Numbered from the stretch's first letter, positions 1 to 10,394 are shown. The stretch: DNA of 64,000 nt from an uncultured Bacteroidales bacterium (GCA_963752195.1 CAVVXI010000004.1:2053641-2117640); one strand, 5' to 3'. The notes: generated from the letters alone by a model not told the origin. A program made the numbers and translations.

Positions 1-82
1 TTTCATCCCCTGCCGGAACCGGCTGTGCATGAATACCAAAATTCAATCCAACAATAAATACCAGAAAAAGAATGTACTTCAT
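1..82 (-). CDS. 5' end of a CDS that runs off the left edge; the visible part is a Sec-type signal peptide (MKYILFLVFIVGLNFGIHAQPVPAGDE)
   Basis: ATG at 82 on the minus strand is followed by a hydrophobic core and an A-x-A-like context. Only 27 codons are visible and it is too short for the ORF track. Confidence 0.3.
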   Translation of the reverse strand, partial: MKYILFLVFIVGLNFGIHAQPVPAGDE

Positions 83-170
83 ATTTGGGTTCCAGAAATT
101 TATAATCTGTTTTACTATACGATAAAAAATGTCTTTGGGTTCATTTTACGTTCAAAACCCCATATTATAA

Positions 171-1607
171 TTATTGTCCGGCCTTAATCACAACGATCTG
201 TCGTGTGCTGCATTTCTTTGGATCTTCCGCAACCGCATGGCCCGTTTGCTTTCCCGATATTCCCAGTTGTAGCTGGTATATTCCCGGATAAAGGAATGTG
301 TGTTTCACTTTTTCACCGCTTGACCTGTATCCATCTCCAAAATCCCAGTAATATCCGCTCACCTGGTAATTTTTCAGGAACGTATTGTGTGCGTCAAGTG
401 TAAATTCCTGGCCTGCGCTGATCGTATCTGATGCAGTTATATAAGGCTGTTCAACATCTTCAACAAAAAAGCTGTCGCTTGCCTGGTTCAGGGCTACCTG
501 GTTAGTGAGCAAATCCACGACATTCAGCTGAACCAGGTAATTTCCCGGCTTGCTGTAACAGTGTTCGGCTTTCAGTTTCCTCACTTTGGTACCGTCGCCC
601 AGATCCCATTCATAGGCTAATACAGTTGTATCTAGTTCACTGTCGTTTGGTTCGTAAAACACATAACAATATTCATTTTCTTCCTGGGGTTTGCAATTTA
701 CAAATGTTGGAATTGAGGAATAGGCTGAAAAGATATCGGCTGATCCGTCTCTGTCTGAGACAAAATAACCGGTATCCATGGCAGCGTTGATAATAAATCC
801 GTAATCATCTCCTGCCGAGTTATAAGGCGATTCGAGTGCCACCGGTATCTGCCAGGCTCCATTCTCATTGACAGTATAATATATTTCCAGGTCATTTTTC
901 TGATGATGGCCACGCGATGCAAAATAAAGCCTGCCGCTGTGATGAAGAAATGGAAATACTTCGTTTTTGTCCGTATTTACATTGCTGCCCAGGTTTTCAG
1001 GCTTGCCCCACTGGCCATTTTCCTGCCGGGAAACATAAATATCATATCCACCCAGGCCGTCCGGACTGTCTGAGCAAAAGAACAATTCATTTCCATCTTC
1101 AGAGAGGCACGGGTAACCTGTATGGCAGTCGGGCCTGTTGTATCTGAAAGGGGTAATGTTGCTCCATTTTCCCCGACCAGAGGTGGCACTGAAAATGCCG
1201 AAGGTTGTATCTTCCCTCTGTTTGTTTCTCTTGCCGGTAGAAACATCAATGGTACGTGTGAAATAAATTGTGTTCCCGTCCTTACTGAAACAGGAGGGTC
1301 CTTCAAACAAATAGGTAGTGAGATCTTTGGATAGCAATACCGGGTTCTCAAATTTGCCGGGTTTTTTCTGGTCAGCCAGGTATAAATTGGTAAACAGACT
1401 GTTCCTCATATCTACGTAACTGGGAAAGAGATCTCTTTTTCTATCCGAACAAAAGACCAATCCATTTTTATAAAATGCCGGGGCCAGTTCTTTCGATGAG
1501 GTGTTGAAGGAAAGACGGTGCGATTCAACGTATGACTGTGCGAGAAGATCGCTGCCTGTAAAAAGCACTAAAATAAGAAACACATATATTTTGCTCCGGA
1601 TGATCAT
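171..1607 (-). CDS. Exported PD40/TolB-like beta-propeller protein with two C-terminal PKD domains
   Basis: It has an N-terminal signal peptide and PD40-like repeats (FCSDR, YFTR, LFFCSD, GGYDIYVS, LYFAS). Two PKD signatures are present (YEWDLGDGT, YYWDFGDGY). It lies 2 nt downstream of the PorP/SprF gene. Confidence 0.75.
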   Translation of the reverse strand: MIIRSKIYVFLILVLFTGSDLLAQSYVESHRLSFNTSSKELAPAFYKNGLVFCSDRKRDLFPSYVDMRNSLFTNLYLADQKKPGKFENPVLLSKDLTTYLFEGPSCFSKDGNTIYFTRTIDVSTGKRNKQREDTTFGIFSATSGRGKWSNITPFRYNRPDCHTGYPCLSEDGNELFFCSDSPDGLGGYDIYVSRQENGQWGKPENLGSNVNTDKNEVFPFLHHSGRLYFASRGHHQKNDLEIYYTVNENGAWQIPVALESPYNSAGDDYGFIINAAMDTGYFVSDRDGSADIFSAYSSIPTFVNCKPQEENEYCYVFYEPNDSELDTTVLAYEWDLGDGTKVRKLKAEHCYSKPGNYLVQLNVVDLLTNQVALNQASDSFFVEDVEQPYITASDTISAGQEFTLDAHNTFLKNYQVSGYYWDFGDGYRSSGEKVKHTFLYPGIYQLQLGISGKQTGHAVAEDPKKCSTRQIVVIKAGQ

Positions 1608-1609
1608 GT

Positions 1610-2518
1610 TTAAAATAGGGTTGGATTGGATGCCTTAACCTGGAAACCAAAATTGTATTCAAGAACTATCTCAATGGAATTACGGTTGTATTCATTGATG
1701 CCACTGATACCATAATCATAAGCCAGTCCCACATGTAACTGATAGTTTAACTTACAATCAAGGAGAAAAACGAGAGCCTGCTTTGAACGGTACGTACAAC
1801 CTGCCCGCAACAGGTCCCTGTATAGCAGGCTAACACCGGCATCGGCAATAATACCCGAGGGTATTTCATATTCCAGCAATGCGGAAGGCTGTAATACCCA
1901 ATTATCCGCCATCTTAATATTTACACCAGTGGTTAGATACCATGCATATTGATTAAAATCATGGTATACGGCAACTTTTCCTGATTCATTTGTCCTGTAA
2001 CCCAGGAGCAAGGGAACGGATAATCCCGCGTAGAAATTCCTGCTGTTATAATAAAAACCAAAGCCGAAATTGGGCAGTAAGTAATTGCTGGAATTTGCAT
2101 TGAAAACATCGTCATCGCCTTCCAGACTTGATACATCCATTTGGCCTGTAGCCAGACCGGCCTTTAAACCAAGTGCAAGTTTGCCATTTCCCACGGTAAG
2201 CCGGTGAGCGTAATTCATATAAAAGCCGGTATATTTTCGTAAGCCCATGCTTTCGTTCATAACCAGCAGGCCAAGTCCCATGGCGGTTTTCTTCAACGGT
2301 GTATGCGCTGCCAGTATATTATAAGAGGGTGCGCCTTCAAATCCCATCCATTGGCTCCGGTGGGATAGATTAACGCTGAGCATTTCGTGACTCCCGGCAT
2401 AGGCCGGATTAAGGGCAAGACCATTAAAAGTATAATGACTGTACATCAGTGCTTTTTCCTGTGCCTTCATTCCGATCCAGGAGAGCAATAAAACGATGAA
2501 AATAATAAATCTGCGCAT
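1610..2518 (-). CDS. PorP/SprF family type IX secretion system membrane protein
   Basis: The N-terminus is typical of the family (signal peptide, then YSHYTFNGLALNPAYAG ... SHRSQWMGFEGAP). The 302-aa length fits a beta-barrel. Its start abuts the stop of the type-B cargo gene. Confidence 0.9.
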   Translation of the reverse strand: MRRFIIFIVLLLSWIGMKAQEKALMYSHYTFNGLALNPAYAGSHEMLSVNLSHRSQWMGFEGAPSYNILAAHTPLKKTAMGLGLLVMNESMGLRKYTGFYMNYAHRLTVGNGKLALGLKAGLATGQMDVSSLEGDDDVFNANSSNYLLPNFGFGFYYNSRNFYAGLSVPLLLGYRTNESGKVAVYHDFNQYAWYLTTGVNIKMADNWVLQPSALLEYEIPSGIIADAGVSLLYRDLLRAGCTYRSKQALVFLLDCKLNYQLHVGLAYDYGISGINEYNRNSIEIVLEYNFGFQVKASNPTLF

Positions 2519-5500
2519 CTATCGTAAAATTTCAACAAATGACCTGAACTGGAATTCTTTCTCCCGCCCTTCAACTTTTATATCTGCAATATAAAAATAG
2601 GTGCCTTCGGGTAATTCAACCCCGTTCATGTTTTTTCCATCCCATGGATTTCCTTCGGCATAGTTATCCGATTCAAATACAAGGACACCGGTGGAATTAT
2701 AAATTTTCAACCTGATTTTTTCTGCGTGTAAAGCTCCCGGTTCGAAATTGTCATTTTTTCCGTCTCCGTTCGGTGAAAACCCCTTGGGAATTACAAGCGG
2801 ATTAATCAGAAGGTTAACCTGGTCAGAGACTTCGGCGCAATTGCCATTATGGACGGTCCATTTCAGGGTTGTTGCGTTTTCAAGTTCAACGACAACTGCA
2901 TCCGGCAGTGTATCATTATCAAAATCACCTGCTCCGCTCACAACAGTCCATTTTCCGGAACCAACTCTCGGAATTGCTGCTTCAAGCCGGGTTGTATAGG
3001 AAAAATCCAGAACCTGATCAGAACCTGCCTCTGCTGCATCCGGGTGTTCATTAAATATTACGCTTACTTCATCCTTATCGAAGCAATGCCAGTTATATTC
3101 ACTCCATGTAAACAGGTTGGATCCATATTGGTCTGCCGTCGCAACACAGGCCGGATCCTCAGGATCTGTAAATGTTGCACCGTCGGATGACCAAATTCCT
3201 TTTGATCCGGCAATACTTCTGCTTGCGGAGAGGGTATAAGTGTTGCTGCAAACTTCGTCATCGCTGCCTGCATTTGCCACGGGCACGTCGTAAACAACAG
3301 CATTCGCCTGTTCCATAAAATTTGAAATATCCGCAAAACAACCGCTGTCATCCGCAATGGTCTGCATAGTAAAGGATTGGGTAAAAGCGGGTATCAGCTT
3401 CACCGAGTCAGGCGATGCCATAATGCCATTTTTTGATTGCCCGCCTACCGTTACACTAAACGGAGGATGTACTCCGCCAACGTTAAATTTTACAACCAAT
3501 GTCTCTCCGGCACAAAGCGAATCCCTGCTTCCGATCAAATCACCCGATGGCAGCGGATTGATCCGCACTTCAACTGAACTGCTTGTATCCGCGCATTCAT
3601 GAATATCGGGAGAAGAGAATACAACTCTTCGGTAAAATAAAGGCGCCGTGAGCACCGGAGTGGTGTAATTCATTGCCATGCCGCTGGCCTGTGTCCAACC
3701 CGTATTGTCCAGGCTTTGCTGCCATTCATAGGAATAGCTTCCGCTGCCATTGGCAGGCTGTGAGCCGGTTAACAGCCGGTCTGAATTAAAGCAGGTATAT
3801 TGAATTGTTCCACCCGGAATAGTATTGTTCGTTATAGAAGGATAAACGGTAATTGCAATGACACTTGATGTATCCGAACAAATGTCGCTGATTGCTTTCC
3901 GGGAATAAAATGTTGTTGATGTCAAAGTACCGGGAGTATAAGATTCCTGGTTATTGGTGCCGTTTGCCTGCATCCAGCCTTGAATTTCCTGCTGTTTTTC
4001 GAGCCATTCATAAGTGAACGCGCCTCTGCCTCCTGTCGCCGGCAAGCCATTCAGAGATAAGGGAATACCGTTTTCACAGATGGTCTGATCTGCTTCCGCA
4101 ATGTTGTTCAGAATATACGGAACCACATCAATTACAAGTGCTGATGAAGTGTCACGGCATGCATTAAAAGAACCAGAAAGAACAATCCGGCTAAACTGTG
4201 TAATCGTATCTACAATTTCTGAAGGAGTATAATTTTGCATCGTGGCCCCCGCTATGGAATTCCAGTTTCCGGAAGTACGCAACAGCCATTGATAGCTGTA
4301 AACCAGGTTGCCGCCGCCAGGCATTGAGCCGGATACAAGCTCCGGTATTTCTCCCGCGCAGTATTTATTAACCGTTGAGGAAGGTATATTTCCGGAGATG
4401 AGGGGAAGCACATGAATTGTTTTTATTGCCGATGTATCCTTGCATGCCTGTCCATTCCCTGAATATACAATCCGGCGGTACAGGGTTGTGTCCGTGAGAA
4501 TCCCCGGATTATAGCGCTTAACATTGGAGGCAGGAAGAGAAGTCCAGTTGCCGTAGGTGGATCTGGATTGCCATAAATAGGCATAAGTTCCGTCCCCCTG
4601 ACCTGGTGACAAAGCATTCAGCAAACCTGTTCCCAGATCTTTGCAAATCACCGTATCGTCAGAGATAAAAACGTTATTTGTAATGGAAGGAAGTACCGTA
4701 ACCTTCACTGTATTGCTTGTATGGGAACAATAAGCCGCAGAGGTAACCTGGCGTCGGAAATAGAACGATTGCTGCAGGAGACCGGGACTAAAAGAGTCAG
4801 AATTTCCCCCGTTGTTCCATACAGACATGTTTGAACTGAATTGCCATTGGTACTGGTAAATGTTGTTTCCTCCTGCCGGATTTGTACCGGTAAGGGTCGC
4901 GGCCGGAAGATTATAGCAAATTGTGTCAGTCCCAGAAACTATATTGTTGGTGATGGCCGGGTACACAAAAATTTTAAGTGTACGGCTTGTATCGGAAATG
5001 ACATTTAATTTTTTATCTACGGATCTCACAATTCTTCTGTAGAAAGTGGTTTGTGTTAAGGCAGGCGGCCTGATGCTGTCACGGGACGTACTGCCAAGGG
5101 TAACCCAGGCAAGACTATCGATCGATTTTTGCCAGATCCATGTATAGGTGCCATCACCCCCTTTGGGATGGCTTCCGGTAATTTTGTTCGGAACCTGGCC
5201 GGCGCAAATGGTGTCCACTCCCCTGAGTGTATTGAACAGGAAACCGGTGAGGTTAAGGATCATGTTATTTATTTTGACACCGTAGTGTCCGTCATCACCC
5301 AGGTGAGAAAGGCATGCCCGGGTGGTTTTCCCTCCCAGAGTGTCCACTGTCAGTGAAGCTCCGGTGATGGCATTGCCTGAGTACCATAATACTCCGCCGC
5401 TTCCTCCGCCGCCGGAACCCGTACAATTTACAGCATTTCCCTTGCCTCCCTGACCACCATTAATTTTAACCGAAATGGCTCCTGAATAGTCTGTTGCATC

Positions 5501-6592
5501 GAGAAGCACAGTTCCTGCGCCACCTCCGCCCCCTGCACTGCCTGTGGCAGTCACGGTAACATTCTGCCCGCTGGCCTTTAAATAAGTTCCGCTTTTCGAA
5601 AACAGTGTGCCTGTAATAATAAAAATAATACCTCCTCCATTGCCTCCGTTTGTGGCTGTATTGGACGTCAGCAGGTTCTGAACACCGCTGCCGCCACCGC
5701 CGCCCATGATTACTGCACCGTTGTTCTTATACAACAGACCACAGGCCAGACCACCCCAGGCCCTGACCATAGATTCTGTGCATGCATCGGATTGTCTTCC
5801 TCCATCGCCACCCTGCCAGAAATTGCCACCACCGGCGCCCCCTGAAAACAACCCGTTTCCCCCGCCTCCCCCGTTAACCGCACATCCTGCACCCTTTGTG
5901 TATGGCCAGGCAATCGTATCAACGGTTATAATACCTTCTCCCTTATTCCCGGATTTGTTCAGTACATATTTTCCAAAATGCAGGGTATCCAATATTTCAT
6001 GGCCGGGCGTTGCATCAAAATCTTTACGGCAGCCACCGGTGTAATTTTCTTCAGGAACGGCTGCCCCCCTGAATCCCAATCCGCTTACATCCAGGTTTGC
6101 CTTCAGCTTAACCGAATCCATGCCAAGAATGGCGATGATGCCCCCTGTGGTTCCATCCCATGGTTTGGCCGTTACGTTTGCAGTAACTGTTACATTATCT
6201 CCTTCCACAAAACGAACTAACTGAATTCTTTCACCCGCATCATAGGTATTGACATGATCATCCGTAAATACTATGTAATTGCCGTTAACTTCCCCAATCT
6301 GCATGATTTCATACATCCCTGCATTTCTCCATTCCTCTTTGTACTTGTTGGGATTTGTCAGAAAACCGGGAATAGTTGGCATTGTGGCTCCTGTCATCTG
6401 TATCAGCAAAACCTTGTCGCCCGGATGAAAATAACTTAATTCGGTGGAAGGGGTAATCAATACCCTGCTGGTCTCAACGCTTATTACCCGGAGGTAATGA
6501 TTGATGACACCAGGCATTTCGACATTAATTTGTGAAAGGCCTGCCAGCAGCCAAAATAACAGGCCAGCGAATATGAATAATATACGTTTCAA
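2519..6592 (-). CDS. Giant cell-surface adhesin-like protein with a T9SS type B (gliding motility-associated, CHU_C) C-terminal sorting domain
   Basis: The 1357-aa ORF has a signal peptide, a Gly-rich block and six Cys-framed repeats. The C-terminus (PKGFSPNGDGKNDNFEP ... WDGKNMNGVELPEGTYFY) matches the type B CTD pattern. Confidence 0.85.
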   Translation of the reverse strand: MKRILFIFAGLLFWLLAGLSQINVEMPGVINHYLRVISVETSRVLITPSTELSYFHPGDKVLLIQMTGATMPTIPGFLTNPNKYKEEWRNAGMYEIMQIGEVNGNYIVFTDDHVNTYDAGERIQLVRFVEGDNVTVTANVTAKPWDGTTGGIIAILGMDSVKLKANLDVSGLGFRGAAVPEENYTGGCRKDFDATPGHEILDTLHFGKYVLNKSGNKGEGIITVDTIAWPYTKGAGCAVNGGGGGNGLFSGGAGGGNFWQGGDGGRQSDACTESMVRAWGGLACGLLYKNNGAVIMGGGGGSGVQNLLTSNTATNGGNGGGIIFIITGTLFSKSGTYLKASGQNVTVTATGSAGGGGGAGTVLLDATDYSGAISVKINGGQGGKGNAVNCTGSGGGGSGGVLWYSGNAITGASLTVDTLGGKTTRACLSHLGDDGHYGVKINNMILNLTGFLFNTLRGVDTICAGQVPNKITGSHPKGGDGTYTWIWQKSIDSLAWVTLGSTSRDSIRPPALTQTTFYRRIVRSVDKKLNVISDTSRTLKIFVYPAITNNIVSGTDTICYNLPAATLTGTNPAGGNNIYQYQWQFSSNMSVWNNGGNSDSFSPGLLQQSFYFRRQVTSAAYCSHTSNTVKVTVLPSITNNVFISDDTVICKDLGTGLLNALSPGQGDGTYAYLWQSRSTYGNWTSLPASNVKRYNPGILTDTTLYRRIVYSGNGQACKDTSAIKTIHVLPLISGNIPSSTVNKYCAGEIPELVSGSMPGGGNLVYSYQWLLRTSGNWNSIAGATMQNYTPSEIVDTITQFSRIVLSGSFNACRDTSSALVIDVVPYILNNIAEADQTICENGIPLSLNGLPATGGRGAFTYEWLEKQQEIQGWMQANGTNNQESYTPGTLTSTTFYSRKAISDICSDTSSVIAITVYPSITNNTIPGGTIQYTCFNSDRLLTGSQPANGSGSYSYEWQQSLDNTGWTQASGMAMNYTTPVLTAPLFYRRVVFSSPDIHECADTSSSVEVRINPLPSGDLIGSRDSLCAGETLVVKFNVGGVHPPFSVTVGGQSKNGIMASPDSVKLIPAFTQSFTMQTIADDSGCFADISNFMEQANAVVYDVPVANAGSDDEVCSNTYTLSASRSIAGSKGIWSSDGATFTDPEDPACVATADQYGSNLFTWSEYNWHCFDKDEVSVIFNEHPDAAEAGSDQVLDFSYTTRLEAAIPRVGSGKWTVVSGAGDFDNDTLPDAVVVELENATTLKWTVHNGNCAEVSDQVNLLINPLVIPKGFSPNGDGKNDNFEPGALHAEKIRLKIYNSTGVLVFESDNYAEGNPWDGKNMNGVELPEGTYFYIADIKVEGREKEFQFRSFVEILR

Positions 6593-6670
6593 ATGAACTA
6601 TGGGTTAGCTGGTTGGTTCGTTTAAGTAACCTGTTTATACATGGTTACCTTTCCCAAGGTTTCATTATAC

Positions 6671-9600
6671 TTACTTTTCTTCTGTTTTTTGTAAATTCCC
6701 GAAATAAGGCAATTCGATCAGAAAAGTTGTACCATGATTCACTTTTGTCTTAAACGTGATATGCCCGTCAAAAGATTCAATAATATTCTTGACAATTGTC
6801 AGGCCCAGACCCATACCACTCGTCTTGGTAGTAAAACTTGGTGTAAACAGCTTGCCCTGAAGTTCATCCGGTATGCCCTTACCATTGTCTGCAACGCTTA
6901 CCCTTATCCTTCCTCCTGATAAAACAGCATTGATCCCTATCCTTCCTTTTCTGTTTTCCGGAATCGATTGTATTCCATTTTTAATGAGGTTGATAAAAAC
7001 CCTCGACAATTGCTCCTTATCAGCAAATACAGGCAGGACGCTGCTTTCATAATCGAAAAGGAATTCCACATCTTCAGTATTTTCAAACAACTGAAGTATG
7101 GATTTAATGGCATCTACTAAATTGATCTCCTCGTTAACTGCCTTTGGCATCTTGGCAAAATTTGAAAACTCAGATGCAATAAAGGATAGGTTATCAATTT
7201 GTTCAATCAGGGTTTGAGTAACCCTTTCAAGATATGTATCAAAATCTTCACGGTTGTCCTTCCATGAGCGCCACAAGTGTTGCACGCTCAACTTCATGGG
7301 GGTGAGCGGATTTTTGATTTCATGGGCAATCTGCTTTGCCATTTCCCGCCATGCACTTTCTCGCTCTGAACGGGCCAGCATTTCAACACTTTTTGCCAAT
7401 TCCTTCACCATCCTGTTATATTCGTCCACAAGCCCGGCAATCTCATCCTTGCCGTTATAAATGATCTGTTCGCTTTTCTTTCCAAGCTTAATTTCGCTGA
7501 ATTTTTTCTGAATAAGCTTTAAGGGTCTGGTAATCTGATCGGAGATAATGACAGCCATAGCTATGGTAAGCAATACCAGCATGACGTATATATTCAGAAT
7601 GGCCACAACCAGTGTGGTTATGTCGTTCCTTAAAATATTCTGCTTGGTGAAATAAGGCAGATTTAAAAATGCCAATAGCTCTCCGTTCACATTTACAAAA
7701 GGAACATAAGCGGAAAGATAGGTGAGGTTGCCAATTTTTTCACGGTGAATAAATTCCGCCTGCTTTTCCATAACCATCTTTTCGTAGGCTACAGGATTCA
7801 TTTTCGCTCCCTGCATGCCCTGGTCAAAGATCTCCGATCGCGAAGTGGCCAGCAGGTTTCCTTTGGGATCATACAGGTTAATGTCGGAATAGAATATATC
7901 AGAAAACCGGATCAGCAACTGGTTCAGATTATCATAGTCGGGTCCGCGGGAATCCTTTCTAATTACTGGCAGATAAGCCAGTTTGTGATCGAGTTCAATG
8001 TAAACCGACTGGATTTTTTCACTCAGCTGGTCATGCTGTTTCTTCTGGTATTGCATGATACTGAAATAAATAGTCCCACCCCCGACGAGTAAAAGAGAAA
8101 GGAATAAAACAGCAATTATTGACAGCTGTATCTTATTTTTAAAGTTCAGATCGATGTTGCGCCCAATTTTTGAAAAATTGTTGGTGACCGAATACACCAG
8201 CAGTATTAGATAAAAGAATAAAAACAAATAGGAAAACGATACCAGTTTGTCAAAGAACAGCGTTTCTGGCAGACTGATGATGATTACACTGTTTTTATTC
8301 ACATAATAAATGAGGTGATTGTACCCGTCAAAATACATCAGGTGATTGTGGGCATCAAGCCGGTTGGACGAATTTCTGTATGTATCGAAATTCAGGCTGT
8401 ACTGAAAGGAACCTGATTGAGCAATCAGCTGGTTTTTATAATATTTGGCATAGGAATACTCATCCATCAGTTTGTTCTGCTTGAATTTCCCATCCAGCAG
8501 CAATTCAGGATAGCCAAGTTCCTCCGCAATAAGTCTCGATTGAAGTTCAATGTAAAAAGTAACAATTTTATTCTTTCCCGGTAGCTTGTATTTAATCCAT
8601 CCCAGGTAATTTATCCTCCCGTTTTGTACATCGAGGAAATAAAAATCCGTGCGGGGAAGCCTCGTGCTGCCCTTTGCCAACAAACTGTTGTAATAGTCAA
8701 AGCAATTCTGCTGTTTTTGAAAAGGCCCGTCATCCGTGGGAATTTCAGTATCAGGATAGCAATCCTGGAACATGATTTTATATTTGCCCCAAAAGCCATT
8801 GAAATAATTGATGCGTAAATGATTAAATATCTGGTCACTCGGAATGTTCATATTAAACAGGTACTTCGCCAGCGTTTCATCCTTTTCAATACGGCGGCTG
8901 ATGTCTTCAAGCAGGTATTCGGCAACCGGATCATGCTGGGCGGCAAGATTATCCGCCATAACGCGCATGTTTTCCACCGTCCGCTGTTTGGAATAATAAG
9001 ATATAAAGTAAACCGCGTACGCGGAGAAAAATACGACCATCAAAGACAACGGTGCATATCCCCCCATGGGAAGCTTCCTGTACTGAAACAGGGAAAGCAG
9101 GGCAAAAAGAAGAACAAAAGCAAGATGGGATCCGAAATCAAACTTAAAATGAAGCATGTATAATCCAAAAAACAAAAGGGAATTTACGATCAGGAACATC
9201 AGGAATACCTTGTCGGTTTTACAATTCCGGTTGCAAAGGGTCAGCATTTTATGGATCAGAAGCAACAGCGCTGTGAATTGCATGGCCGCAATTATCAATC
9301 CGATGATGGAAAAAATATCCAGACTGGCAACTTTATACGTTTCAAAATTGATCGTGGAATTGAGGATAAGGTTTGAAAAGATGGTATGTGTATAAATATA
9401 GAAACAAGTAAGAAGGATGGTCATCACAATGATAATCAACGGTGATCCTCCCTTTTTGGAATCATAGAACCACCGGGGAAAAGTAAAATCCCGGTTAAAC
9501 TGAACGATGAGAAAAAGTATGAAGATTGTATTTACGAAAATATCACCCAGCGAGGGGAGCCACTCTGATTTTCCGAAAGGAACAGGGCCGAATGCTTCCA

Positions 9601-10360
9601 GCGCATAGATATCACCGGGAATATGATACCTGTATTGAATGTACCTGAAAAGTGCCAGGAAAACCGTCAATCCGAAGATGGCAAAATTTTTAATCCGCCG
9701 GTTTGTGATTTGCCGTATCAATCCGCGCAGCAAGAGTAAAAATGAAAGCAGCGTAAGGAAATACAACAATGGGGTCAGGCGCTTTTCTACCCGGGAAAAC
9801 CGGAGTTCCTTCTGAGAGAATTTTACCGAAAAGAGATAAATGCCTTCCCAATCATGAACGGCAAACGATCCGGGCTGTGACTCCGTAAGTAATTCGGCAG
9901 AACCCGGCAATTTCAGATCAGGCTGAAAATGGCTTTTAAGAAATTCATTCTCATAAGGATATTGCGTTTTAACAAGGATCAGGGCATATGAACGGATTGA
10001 ATCCTTTTCATACGTTTTAATTACATAATATCCATTTGAAATAAATTCAAATCGTTTGCCGTCCACGAGGTTTTCATCAAATGGATAAAAAGTTATGCTG
10101 TTGTCTGACCAGTATAGCAAGTTATTATTGCGATAAGCAAGAAATAGTATGCCATTGTCCGGGACTACCGTAGTAAGCTGCCATTTATTTTCTTCAAGCT
10201 TATGCTGAATCCGGTCCGCCACTTTGAATTTTTCATCCATCTCCTTTTGAAGTCTCCTGTGTTCAGCGGCACGGTAATTGAAATTATCGAGAAAATAATC
10301 ACTGCCAAGGGTAAGTGCCAGAAGCGCAAGAAAAATAAAAAATGTTCTGTTCAGATTCAT
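6671..10360 (-). CDS. Large polytopic sensor histidine kinase (HAMP, HisKA, HATPase_c), NtrY-like catalytic core
   Basis: It has the H-box HEIKNPLTPM, an N-box region (INLIKNGIQS) and G-boxes (DNGKGIP, GMGLGL). About a dozen hydrophobic segments precede the HAMP-like ITRPLKLI. I moved the start to the internal ATG at 10360 (MNLNRTFFIFLALLAL), which gives a signal-anchor and removes the overlap with rlmH. Confidence 0.85.
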   Translation of the reverse strand: MNLNRTFFIFLALLALTLGSDYFLDNFNYRAAEHRRLQKEMDEKFKVADRIQHKLEENKWQLTTVVPDNGILFLAYRNNNLLYWSDNSITFYPFDENLVDGKRFEFISNGYYVIKTYEKDSIRSYALILVKTQYPYENEFLKSHFQPDLKLPGSAELLTESQPGSFAVHDWEGIYLFSVKFSQKELRFSRVEKRLTPLLYFLTLLSFLLLLRGLIRQITNRRIKNFAIFGLTVFLALFRYIQYRYHIPGDIYALEAFGPVPFGKSEWLPSLGDIFVNTIFILFLIVQFNRDFTFPRWFYDSKKGGSPLIIIVMTILLTCFYIYTHTIFSNLILNSTINFETYKVASLDIFSIIGLIIAAMQFTALLLLIHKMLTLCNRNCKTDKVFLMFLIVNSLLFFGLYMLHFKFDFGSHLAFVLLFALLSLFQYRKLPMGGYAPLSLMVVFFSAYAVYFISYYSKQRTVENMRVMADNLAAQHDPVAEYLLEDISRRIEKDETLAKYLFNMNIPSDQIFNHLRINYFNGFWGKYKIMFQDCYPDTEIPTDDGPFQKQQNCFDYYNSLLAKGSTRLPRTDFYFLDVQNGRINYLGWIKYKLPGKNKIVTFYIELQSRLIAEELGYPELLLDGKFKQNKLMDEYSYAKYYKNQLIAQSGSFQYSLNFDTYRNSSNRLDAHNHLMYFDGYNHLIYYVNKNSVIIISLPETLFFDKLVSFSYLFLFFYLILLVYSVTNNFSKIGRNIDLNFKNKIQLSIIAVLFLSLLLVGGGTIYFSIMQYQKKQHDQLSEKIQSVYIELDHKLAYLPVIRKDSRGPDYDNLNQLLIRFSDIFYSDINLYDPKGNLLATSRSEIFDQGMQGAKMNPVAYEKMVMEKQAEFIHREKIGNLTYLSAYVPFVNVNGELLAFLNLPYFTKQNILRNDITTLVVAILNIYVMLVLLTIAMAVIISDQITRPLKLIQKKFSEIKLGKKSEQIIYNGKDEIAGLVDEYNRMVKELAKSVEMLARSERESAWREMAKQIAHEIKNPLTPMKLSVQHLWRSWKDNREDFDTYLERVTQTLIEQIDNLSFIASEFSNFAKMPKAVNEEINLVDAIKSILQLFENTEDVEFLFDYESSVLPVFADKEQLSRVFINLIKNGIQSIPENRKGRIGINAVLSGGRIRVSVADNGKGIPDELQGKLFTPSFTTKTSGMGLGLTIVKNIIESFDGHITFKTKVNHGTTFLIELPYFGNLQKTEEK

Positions 10361-10394
10361 ACTTTTTCCCTTCCCGTTATAAATAAACTGAAAT

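Noticed and set aside
5706-6044. A 112-aa plus-strand proline-rich ORF (PPPAPPENNPFPPPPP).
   Set aside because: It is antisense to the glycine-rich block of the adhesin gene (GGN codons read as NCC = Pro). It is embedded in a well-supported 1357-aa CDS.
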